Below are positions 1-7,650 of a DNA stretch of 64,000 nucleotides, piece by piece. The position numbers and the translations under genes are program-made. The notes under the pieces are model-generated. The model was not told the origin of the DNA, made no database searches, and saw only the letters and a list, made by a program, of their open reading frames with translations. Source of the stretch: Bacteroidales bacterium. Lineage in GTDB: Bacteria > Bacteroidota > Bacteroidia > Bacteroidales > JAAYJT01. The stretch's first letter is position 1, and each line of letters begins with the position of its first letter. The stretch lies in the NCBI GenBank assembly GCA_014860575.1, contig JACZJK010000033.1, positions 37,743 to 101,742 on the forward strand, written 5' to 3'.

Positions 1-112
1 TCCTGATAAATACTGCATTACAAGCAATCTGTTGCTGATGCTTTTGGAGGCTGGAAGTATTATCTCAGCGCTGAAAGGAGAGGAAGGTCGATGCAATATA
101 AATGATTTCATC

Positions 113-1219
113 CTAGAAGGTTTTGGCAAAGCCAAAAGAATTGCCCTTGCTGAGATATTCGATAAGGCTTTTTTCAATTGTTTCGTGCGAACATGCAACG
201 TCAGTAATCAAATCTCCGGGTTTTTTAATCAGTGTCATTTGAATGGCCCCGGCTTTGTTTTTTTTATCAAATCCCATCAGTTGAGTAATCTCCGGGATTT
301 TATCCGAGGCAAAAGCATAGAATGGAAAAACCGATAATAAATAGTCAGAGATTTCTGAAGCCAATTTCGGATCAAACCCGCAATGAATCACCGAGAGGTC
401 TAGTTCAACGATCAAACCCATAGCCACTGCAAATCCATGTGGCAGGGGTTTGCCGTAATGCGCCAGTGCGTAACTCTCAAATGCATGTCCTGCCGTATGA
501 CCCAGATTCAGAACTTTACGCAATCCTTTCTCATAAGGATCGGACTGCACCACATTGTTTTTAATCTTCACTGATCGTTCAACAACCGTTTCCCAGTTGG
601 AAGTGGATTGGATCGCATTTATATCAGGAAATTGCAGAACCAGTTGATGATAGTATTTCTCACTGCTTAGCAATGAATGCTTCACCACTTCCGCATAGCC
701 TGAAAGCAACTCAACATAGGGAAGCGTTTGAAGGAATGATGTCATAATATATACCGCATTCGGCGGCGAAAATAATCCAACATAATTCTTCAACTTTCCG
801 AGGTTCACACCTGTTTTGCCACCAATGGCAGCATCTACCTGTGCAAGTAAGGTTGTTGGAAAAAAAATGAAATCAATGCCTCGTTGATAGGTTGACGCAA
901 CAAAACCGCCCAAATCGCACACCACTCCCCCACCAAGACAAATGAGTAACGAATACCGATCGGCGCCCAAAGCTGCAAGTTCCTGCCAGACTTTAGTGCA
1001 GACTTGCAGGTTCTTGTTCTGCTCGCCAGGTTCGGTTTCAAGAAATTTAGTGTCTTCTGGAAACTTGAATTGGCCCATCAAGAGCGGCAGGCAATGCATT
1101 CGTGAATTGGTGTCGGTAAGAATAAAAATGCCGGAATAGCGCTTCACTTCCTGGCTGAAAAAGTGTTCGAGGGATTTTATGCAATCCACACCTGTAAAAA
1201 TAGTCCCGCTTTGGTGCAT
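113..1219 (-). CDS. aroB: 3-dehydroquinate synthase
   Basis: 368 aa. Has the Gly-rich NAD site ICLGGGVVCDLGGF, then DAAIGGKTGVNL and the metal-site LGHTAGHAFE, all typical of AroB. ATG confirmed at 1219. Confidence 0.9.
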   Translation of the reverse strand: MHQSGTIFTGVDCIKSLEHFFSQEVKRYSGIFILTDTNSRMHCLPLLMGQFKFPEDTKFLETEPGEQNKNLQVCTKVWQELAALGADRYSLLICLGGGVVCDLGGFVASTYQRGIDFIFFPTTLLAQVDAAIGGKTGVNLGKLKNYVGLFSPPNAVYIMTSFLQTLPYVELLSGYAEVVKHSLLSSEKYYHQLVLQFPDINAIQSTSNWETVVERSVKIKNNVVQSDPYEKGLRKVLNLGHTAGHAFESYALAHYGKPLPHGFAVAMGLIVELDLSVIHCGFDPKLASEISDYLLSVFPFYAFASDKIPEITQLMGFDKKNKAGAIQMTLIKKPGDLITDVACSHETIEKSLIEYLSKGNSFGFAKTF

Positions 1220-1245
1220 TTTGTACTTTTGAAAAACAATTCAAA

Positions 1246-1253
1246 CAAAATTA
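1246..1253 (-). promoter_or_regulatory. Bacteroidota -7 box (TAatTTTG) upstream of aroB
   Basis: The minus strand reads TAATTTTG, an exact TAnnTTTG match, 26 nt upstream of the aroB ATG. The motif is short, so some chance matches are expected. Confidence 0.4.
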
Positions 1254-1301
1254 CGTATTATTCCGCTGTTGGTTATTAATTGCAAAACCTTTGATTAGCC
1301 T

Positions 1302-2480
1302 ATGATTGATTTCAACAATACCCGGATTGCATTCGCAATCAAATCATCAAACGATCTTAAACGCGCCCATTGGTTGTTCCGAACCATTGCCAGTCCGTTC
1401 ATTGTGGCCACCGGTGAATTCTTATCCAATATTGCACTTCGTTTGCACTTGCCTGTTAATTGGGCTGTTAAGCCAACGCTGTACAAGCAATTTGTCGGAG
1501 GCGAAACCATTGATGATTGCATCCCGGCGGTACGTCAACTGGAAAAGTTCAATGTAAAGGCGATCCTGGATTATTCAGTTGAAGGAGGAGAATCAGAAGA
1601 ATATATGGAAGCGGTGCTGCAAGAAACACTTCGCACCATTGATTATGCAGCCAGGGATGCCAACGTACCTATAGCCGTGTTCAAACCGACAGCGTTTGCA
1701 ACATCGCATGTACTTGAGAAAGCGAGTGCCGGAGACAAATTGAATGAAAATGAGTTTTCGGGTCTTGCTGATTTTCGTCAAAGGGTCCACACCTTATGCA
1801 AGCACGCTGCTTCACTGAACGTTCCTATCATGATTGATGCTGAAGATGTGCATTACCAGGCTATCATTGACAAGGTCACTATGGAGATGATGGAAAAATA
1901 CAACAAAGAAAAGGTTATAGTCTTCAATACTTACCAGATGTACCGGACTGACCGACTTGCGGTTCTAAAAAAAGATTTGGTAACAGCCCGGCTAAAAGGT
2001 TTTTTCCTGGGAGCCAAATTTGTACGTGGCGCTTATATGGAACGCGAAAGAAGACGTGCTGAGAAAATGGGTTATACCTCCCCTATCCATCCGGACAAAC
2101 CTACCACCGACCGGCATTATGATGATGCGCTAACTTTCTCGGTTGAAAATATTGACAGGATTAGTATTTTCAACGGCACGCACAACGAAAAAAGCTGCCA
2201 CCATCTGATGCGACTAATGGATAAGCATGGCCTGGCAAAAAATGATTCCAGAATTTGGACATCTCAACTTTATGGCATGAGCGATCACATTAGTTTTAAC
2301 ATGGCAGATGCCGGCTACAATGTTGTGAAATACATGCCTTACGGACCCGTGAAATCTGTGCTTCCGTATCTGCTTCGCCGGGCAGAAGAAAACACCTCGA
2401 TTGCAGGACAAACCAGCCGGGAGTTAAATCTGATTGAAACTGAACGGAGAAGAAGGAGGAGTGAGCAGGCGAATGCGTGA
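1302..2480 (+). CDS. proline dehydrogenase family protein
   Basis: 392 aa. The C-terminal LYGMSDHISFNMADAGYNVVKYMPYGPVKSVLPYLLRRAEENTS is the conserved PutA-type proline dehydrogenase barrel end. Confidence 0.8.
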   Translation: MIDFNNTRIAFAIKSSNDLKRAHWLFRTIASPFIVATGEFLSNIALRLHLPVNWAVKPTLYKQFVGGETIDDCIPAVRQLEKFNVKAILDYSVEGGESEEYMEAVLQETLRTIDYAARDANVPIAVFKPTAFATSHVLEKASAGDKLNENEFSGLADFRQRVHTLCKHAASLNVPIMIDAEDVHYQAIIDKVTMEMMEKYNKEKVIVFNTYQMYRTDRLAVLKKDLVTARLKGFFLGAKFVRGAYMERERRRAEKMGYTSPIHPDKPTTDRHYDDALTFSVENIDRISIFNGTHNEKSCHHLMRLMDKHGLAKNDSRIWTSQLYGMSDHISFNMADAGYNVVKYMPYGPVKSVLPYLLRRAEENTSIAGQTSRELNLIETERRRRRSEQANA

Positions 2481-2580
2481 ATGGGTAAGTGGGAGAATAT
2501 GAGAGATGAGAAGGTGAGAAGATGATAATGAGGGACTTAGAGACGAAGAGATAAGAAAAGGGGACGAGGGAACGAAGGAC
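2481..2580. repeat. purine-rich low-complexity block (about 80% A+G on the + strand)
   Basis: Only 5 C in 100 nt, with reiterated gagaag/gacgag words. It starts immediately after the proline dehydrogenase stop codon. Confidence 0.7.
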
Positions 2581-2582
2581 GC

Positions 2583-2631
2583 CGAACGCTAAACGTCGAA
2601 CACTGAACCTTGAACTTTGAACTTTGAACCC
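2583..2631. repeat. degenerate heptad tandem array (GAACNNN x7)
   Basis: Units read cgaacgct aaacgtc gaacact gaacctt gaacttt gaacttt gaaccc. The array lies between convergent genes. Confidence 0.75.
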
Positions 2632-2641
2632 GGAGCTAATC

Positions 2642-3862
2642 CTAGAATGCCGTCATGAGCAGATCAATATCCTGATAAGGCAGGCTGTATTTTTCGCTCA
2701 ACAGCTTGTTTGTCACAATCCCGTTAAACAGATAAACACCGCGGCGTGAGCCTGCATCTGCTTTCAGCACATTTGCAATTCCGCCTTGCTCTCCGATAGA
2801 AAGTAAGATAGGGGTGAGATAATTGCTTAGGGCGTAAGATGCAGTATGAGGTACCCGGGAAGCAATATTGGGAACACAATAATGCACCACATCATATTTC
2901 TTGAACACAGGATTCTGATGATCGGTTGGTTCAGAGGTTTCAACACAACCGCCCTGATCAATGCTTACATCAATAATCACTGCACCGGGTTTCATCTGGC
3001 TCACCATTTCTTCCGATATGCAGAAAGGAGTGCGTCCACTATCGGTATGCAATGCAGCGATCACAACATCAGTAGTTTTTATAGCCTTTAGCAGGATTTC
3101 AGGTTGGATCACCGAAGTAAAAATCCGTACATTAAGCATGGACTGCAGGTTGCGAAGTTTATACACCGAGTTATCAAATACTTTAATCAATGCGCCCATA
3201 CCCAGGGCTGAAGCGGCTGCAAATTCCCCTACTGTACCAGCGCCGAGTATCACTACCTCGGTAGGTGGCACACCTGAAAAACCACCCAGCATATGGCCCA
3301 TTCCCAAGGTAGGATGGCAGAGGTATTCGGCAGCAATCAATACTGCCGCATTTCCGGCAATCTCGCTCATAGAACGCCGCAGGGGATAGGCTCCACTTTT
3401 ATCGCGCAAATATTCAAAAGCAAGGGCTGTGCATTTTTTGGTAATGAGTTTACGTATGTAATTCTCATCGCTTGCTGAAAGATGCAAAGACGAAACCAGG
3501 GTCTGCCGACTACGCAATAGTTCACATTCGTCTTCTGTAAGAGGCGCTACCTTCAGGATCATATCGCTGGTAAAAATCTCTTGCGGCGATTGTACTATTT
3601 CAGCACCATGCTCAGCATAATCATGATCACTGAACCATGCCCGTTTCCCTGCTTCGGATTCAATAAGTACCCTATGCCCATGCTTAACAAGCATGCCCAC
3701 TGCATTGGGAACCAAAGGAATGCGGTTCTCAAGTCTGGAATGATCACGAGGGATTCCAATTGTCAGAGAAGATTTTTTTCGGGCAACCTCAAGCATTTCT
3801 TCTTTCGGAAGCATGCCGCCGGTGGCTGTAAATGATACAAATTGTTTCTTTTCCTGGTTCAT
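2642..3862 (-). CDS. alanine dehydrogenase / PNT-alpha family NAD(H)-binding dehydrogenase
   Basis: 406 aa. Has the Rossmann motif VVILGAGTVGEFAA. The N-terminal IGIPRDHSRLENRIPLVPNAV resembles AlaDH/PNT N-domains. Confidence 0.7.
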   Translation of the reverse strand: MNQEKKQFVSFTATGGMLPKEEMLEVARKKSSLTIGIPRDHSRLENRIPLVPNAVGMLVKHGHRVLIESEAGKRAWFSDHDYAEHGAEIVQSPQEIFTSDMILKVAPLTEDECELLRSRQTLVSSLHLSASDENYIRKLITKKCTALAFEYLRDKSGAYPLRRSMSEIAGNAAVLIAAEYLCHPTLGMGHMLGGFSGVPPTEVVILGAGTVGEFAAASALGMGALIKVFDNSVYKLRNLQSMLNVRIFTSVIQPEILLKAIKTTDVVIAALHTDSGRTPFCISEEMVSQMKPGAVIIDVSIDQGGCVETSEPTDHQNPVFKKYDVVHYCVPNIASRVPHTASYALSNYLTPILLSIGEQGGIANVLKADAGSRRGVYLFNGIVTNKLLSEKYSLPYQDIDLLMTAF

Positions 3863-3875
3863 GACTTATCAATAA

Positions 3876-4298
3876 TTAGGATCGCACGCTTATGACTCTT
3901 TTCTGATCGCCATCACCAAAGCTGATAATAATATATACGAAGCCGGGAGGTAAAAGTTGCTCAATTTTTTCGGGCCATTCCACGAAGCAATAATGGCCAC
4001 TAAAAAAATATTCTTCGTAGCCCATATCAAAAGCTTCTGACAGTGATTTTATGCGATAGAAATCGAAATGATATACCGGATCGCCTTCACGGGTGCTGTA
4101 TTCGTTGATCAATGAAAAAGTTGGGCTTACAACTACATCTTCAACACCCAATTCATGACAAACAGCTTTGATAAGCGTAGTTTTACCCACACCCATAGCT
4201 CCATAAAAAGCGAAGACCCGCTGTTGAGGAAAGGAATTGATAATCTTGCGGGCAACCAAGTCAAGGTCGCCGGTTGTAGCGGCTTGTAATGTTAACAT
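3876..4298 (-). CDS. tsaE: tRNA t6A37 biosynthesis ATPase TsaE
   Basis: 140 aa. Has the P-loop FYGAMGVGKTT, then SPTFSLINEY and HFDFYR, typical of YjeE/TsaE. Confidence 0.85.
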   Translation of the reverse strand: MLTLQAATTGDLDLVARKIINSFPQQRVFAFYGAMGVGKTTLIKAVCHELGVEDVVVSPTFSLINEYSTREGDPVYHFDFYRIKSLSEAFDMGYEEYFFSGHYCFVEWPEKIEQLLPPGFVYIIISFGDGDQKRVISVRS

Positions 4299-4363
4299 CT
4301 GAGCAGAACAAAATTATGGTTTTGGTGCCGCAAGATAGGAAAAGTTCAGAAAATAAAAGGAGC

Positions 4364-5917
4364 TTACTTGCTCTTTAAAGTTATAAAAGGCACAAGCATT
4401 TCTTCAAGCGATACACCACCATGCTGAAAAGTATCGCGGTAATAATTCACGTAATAGTTGTAATTGTTCGGGTAAGCAAAAAAATCGTTTTTGCGGCAGA
4501 AGATATACGATGAACTCACATTGGTTCGTGGCAAGAAAATGTCAGCAGGATTCCTCACCTCATAAACCTCTTTGGAATTATAGTTCAAACTCCTGCCCGA
4601 CTTATAGCGGAGGTTAGTGGTAGTATTCTTATCGCCAACCACTTTCACCGGGTTCTGAACCCGCACTGAACCATGATCGGTTGTAATAATGAGATCTATC
4701 TGTTTATCAGCAATAAATTTAAATACCTCAAGCAGCGGACTGTGCATAAACCATGAAAGCGTAATAGAGCGATAAGCTGCTTCGTCGCCGGCAAGTTCTT
4801 TAATCACTTCCATTTCGGTTCTGGCATGCGAGAGCATATCTACAAAATTATAAACGATAACATTGAGTTGGTTTACCATCAGGTTCGACATATTCTCCAC
4901 AAGTCTTTTACCCGCGTTCAGGTTCAGCACCTTGGTATAGCTGTATTTCACATCACGACCAAAACGTTTAAGCAGTTCGCTCAACAACTCACTCTCAAAC
5001 TGATTTTTTGTGCCTTCATCTCCCTCGTCCACCCAATAACGTGGGTACTTCTTTTCGATCTCCGAAGGCATCAATCCTGAAAACAAGGCATTGCGGGCAT
5101 ATTGCGTGGTGGTTGGCAAGATGCTGTAATACATCTCATCCTTTTCGATCCGGAAATATTCTTCAATCACAGGTTGTAAGAATTTCCACTGGTCATAGCG
5201 CAGGTTATCAATCAGAAGAAAAAACACCGGTTTCTTTTTGTCAAGCAACGGGAAAACTTTTTCGCGCATCAACATATGCGATAACACGGGGCGGTTATTC
5301 CCTGAACCGCTCAGCCAGCCCTGGTAATTGTTTTCAATAAACCTGGTGAAAACCTGATTGGCTTCACTCTTCTGCATTTGCAAAACTTCCAGGATGCTTT
5401 CATCTTTTGAATTCTCGAGCTTCAGTTCCCACGAAATCAGCTTACGGTAAATCTCAACCCACTCAGCATGAGTAAGGTTATTGGTTATTTCCATTCCAAT
5501 ATTGCGAAATTCCATTTGGTATGCATGAGTAGTTTTTTCGCTGATGATCTTCTTGTTCTCCAGGTTTTTTTTGAGTGCAAGCAGGATTTGATTGGGGTTA
5601 ACAGGCTTGATAAGATAATCAGCAATATTCGACCCGATGGCATCCTCCATGATACTCTCTTCCTCACTCTTGGTAATCATGATAACCGGCAGACTGGGAT
5701 AGTTGTCTTTAATCACAGCAAGCGTTTCAATTCCTGAAAGTCCTGGCATGTTCTCATCCAGAAAAACAATATCGAAAACCTGGGTTTTCAGCATATCAAT
5801 CGCATCGCCACCGCTGTTTGCAGTATGCACATCATAGCCTTTCTGATCCAGGAAGATAATATGCGGCTTTAACATATCAATTTCATCATCCACCCACAAA
5901 ACGTTGATCTTATCCAT
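4364..5917 (-). CDS. porX: PorX-type response regulator (CheY receiver + PglZ/alkaline-phosphatase-like domain)
   Basis: 517 aa. The receiver carries VLWVDDE, FDIVFLDENMPGLSG and YLIKP. The C-terminal PglZ-like domain carries ITTDHGS. Size and architecture match T9SS PorX. Confidence 0.8.
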   Translation of the reverse strand: MDKINVLWVDDEIDMLKPHIIFLDQKGYDVHTANSGGDAIDMLKTQVFDIVFLDENMPGLSGIETLAVIKDNYPSLPVIMITKSEEESIMEDAIGSNIADYLIKPVNPNQILLALKKNLENKKIISEKTTHAYQMEFRNIGMEITNNLTHAEWVEIYRKLISWELKLENSKDESILEVLQMQKSEANQVFTRFIENNYQGWLSGSGNNRPVLSHMLMREKVFPLLDKKKPVFFLLIDNLRYDQWKFLQPVIEEYFRIEKDEMYYSILPTTTQYARNALFSGLMPSEIEKKYPRYWVDEGDEGTKNQFESELLSELLKRFGRDVKYSYTKVLNLNAGKRLVENMSNLMVNQLNVIVYNFVDMLSHARTEMEVIKELAGDEAAYRSITLSWFMHSPLLEVFKFIADKQIDLIITTDHGSVRVQNPVKVVGDKNTTTNLRYKSGRSLNYNSKEVYEVRNPADIFLPRTNVSSSYIFCRKNDFFAYPNNYNYYVNYYRDTFQHGGVSLEEMLVPFITLKSK

Positions 5918-5934
5918 AGTTTTTCTGATTTTTG

Positions 5935-5942
5935 CAAAATTA
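5935..5942 (-). promoter_or_regulatory. -7 box (TAatTTTG) upstream of porX
   Basis: The minus strand reads TAATTTTG, 17 nt upstream of the porX ATG. Confidence 0.45.
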
Positions 5943-6024
5943 CGACCCGATCCGGTTCAGGCCCACTGATTCGATGTACCTTTAACGCAGGATATGGGTG
6001 AATATTTGATTTTGCTTTGCATTT

Positions 6025-6111
6025 GAGCGGAGGGCAATGACAATGAGCGTGGGGCGTGGGGCGAAAGACAAGGGCAAAGGACGAGAGACGAGTCAGCATA
6101 GAGTTTGGGAG
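6025..6111. repeat. purine-rich low-complexity block with G-tracts
   Basis: Reads gagcggagggcaatgacaatgagcgtggggcgtggggcgaaagacaagggcaaaggacgagagacgag. It shares AGAGACGA, AAGGACG and GGACGAG words with the block at 2481-2580, on the same strand. Confidence 0.65.
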
Positions 6112-6256
6112 CCCCCCATAAAATTGATTTATACGGTGTAGGCCTCAGAAATTGCTGAATTTTAGATTGCCGTTGACTTTAGCCAACTGGAAATGAATGT
6201 TTTATATATCAGTGCTTTAGCCCCATAATCTTTCTTTAATTAGCAAAGTCCCTATT

Positions 6257-6288
6257 TTGAATCTCGAATCTGGAATTTTGAATTTAAA
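6257..6288. repeat. degenerate GAATNNN tandem array
   Basis: Units read ttgaatc tcgaatc tggaatt ttgaatt taaac, in the porX/HD divergent spacer. Confidence 0.55.
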
Positions 6289-6314
6289 CAAAAAACACTT
6301 AAATCTTTCGGCCG

Positions 6315-7556
6315 ATGCCTACTTCATTAAATAAGCGAAAAATAATCAACGACCCGGTTTACGGGTTTATCGCCATCCCTAGCGACCTGATATTTGATGT
6401 GATAGAGCACCCCTGGTTTCAGCGTTTGCGACGAATCAAGCAGCTTGGCCTGACCCAACTTGTTTACCCGGGTGCACTCCATACGCGATTCCATCACGCC
6501 ATTGGTGCCATGCACCTGATGCAGCAGGCAATAGATTCGCTGCGGTTGAAGGGGCAGGAGATTACTTCGGAAGAAGCCAATGGCGCACTATTGGCAATCC
6601 TTCTGCATGATATTGGTCATGGTCCGTATTCTCATGCGCTTGAACACAGCATTGTGCATGGAATGGATCATGAAGAATTGTCCATGTTGTTTATCCGGGA
6701 ACTAAACACGCAGTTTGGCAACCAGCTTGAAACGGCCCTGGCCATTTTCAGCAACCGTTATCCCAAACGGTTCCTGCACCAGTTGGTTGCCAGTCAGCTC
6801 GATATGGACCGTCTTGACTATCTTAAACGCGACAGCTTTTTCACCGGAGTATCTGAAGGTGTTATCTCCACGGATCGCATCATCAAAATGCTGAATGTTT
6901 CAGGCGATGAACTTGTGGTCGAAGCAAAAGGTATCTACTCTGTTGAGAAATTTATCATTGCCAGAAGGCTGATGTACTGGCAGGTATATTTTCATAAAAC
7001 AGTGCTCAGCGCCGAACAGATGATTATAAAGTTGTTGCAACGTGCCCAGTACCTGGCGCAGCAAAATATCCCGATTTTTGCTACTCCTGCTTTTCTCCAA
7101 TTCCTGCAGCATAATTATTCAGCTTCAGATTTCAGAAACAATCCGGATTTGCTGGATGCTTTTTCCCGTCTCGACGATTTCGATATTCTGACTTCAATGA
7201 AGGTATGGTGCGGGCATGAGGATAAAATTCTTTCTTCACTTAGCTGCTTCCTGATAGAGCGCCGGCTTTTTGCACTTGAAATTTCTAATATCCCCTTACC
7301 AGAAAACAGGCTTGCGGATCTGAGGTTACAAGCAGCCAGGTATTTTGAAATTGCTCTTGAAGATGCAGGATATTTTGTTTTTGAAGGAACCATAACCAAT
7401 AATGCTTACGACCCTACCAAGGACAAAATCCATATCCTGAACAAAGACGGAAGTATTACCGATATTGCTGAAGCTTCTGACCAGCTGAATGTTTCCGTGC
7501 TCTCAGCTCCGGTATCAAAATATTACGTTGGATATCCAAAAGAGTTAAGGGTTTAA
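6315..7556 (+). CDS. HD-domain phosphohydrolase (COG1078, dNTP triphosphohydrolase-like)
   Basis: 413 aa. Has HTRFHHAIGAMHL, LLHDIGHGPYSH and DMDRLDYLKRD motifs. Confidence 0.75.
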   Translation: MPTSLNKRKIINDPVYGFIAIPSDLIFDVIEHPWFQRLRRIKQLGLTQLVYPGALHTRFHHAIGAMHLMQQAIDSLRLKGQEITSEEANGALLAILLHDIGHGPYSHALEHSIVHGMDHEELSMLFIRELNTQFGNQLETALAIFSNRYPKRFLHQLVASQLDMDRLDYLKRDSFFTGVSEGVISTDRIIKMLNVSGDELVVEAKGIYSVEKFIIARRLMYWQVYFHKTVLSAEQMIIKLLQRAQYLAQQNIPIFATPAFLQFLQHNYSASDFRNNPDLLDAFSRLDDFDILTSMKVWCGHEDKILSSLSCFLIERRLFALEISNIPLPENRLADLRLQAARYFEIALEDAGYFVFEGTITNNAYDPTKDKIHILNKDGSITDIAEASDQLNVSVLSAPVSKYYVGYPKELRV

Positions 7557-7650
7557 CTTTTGAACTCCTTAATTCTTCAGGCTTTATCTTGAGATATATA
7601 TTTGAATCAGCAAATAATCGCAGGTTCAGAAAAATATTTGCTTCTACAGT

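Noticed and set aside
1-112. Possible start of a minus-strand gene running off the left edge (ATG at 18..16).
   Set aside because: Only six codons are visible, so it cannot be supported.
2583-2631. I considered whether the short tandem arrays here and at 13571, 38129 and 55171 could be CRISPR arrays or a minisatellite-encoded feature.
   Set aside because: The units are 7-9 nt with no unique spacers, the arrays are under 100 nt, and no cas genes are present. They are not CRISPR.
2961-3389. A 142-aa ORF antisense to the alanine-DH-like gene. Similar antisense or alternate-frame ORFs lie at 8473-8880, 17347-17763, 22768-23181, 39329-39748, 55796-56293 and 58780-59343.
   Set aside because: All lie wholly inside strongly supported genes and have junk-like composition (rich in C/P/R/L or I/F/N). 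They fall in locally GC-richer stretches where stop codons are rare in all frames. None has its own promoter or SD.
5869-6099. A 76-aa ORF (HAHCHCPPLKCKAKSN...) upstream of porX, and a 107-aa ORF at 38098-38421 (ITASQHQCITASQ...).
   Set aside because: Both are read-through translations of the purine-rich block and the octamer array. The repetitive peptide simply mirrors the DNA repeat.
6315-7556. I considered the HD-domain dNTPase-like protein and the DUF2779 nuclease-like protein (62261-63733) as anti-phage defence genes.
   Set aside because: Neither sits in a defence-island context: there are no neighbouring restriction, abortive-infection, integrase or other defence genes. Both neighbourhoods are housekeeping. 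A defence role cannot be supported from this window.
7557-7650. Possible terminator AGCAAATA...TATTTGCT between the convergent HD and C1 protease genes.
   Set aside because: It is an 8-bp AT-rich stem with an 18-nt loop and no flanking U-run, which is thermodynamically marginal.
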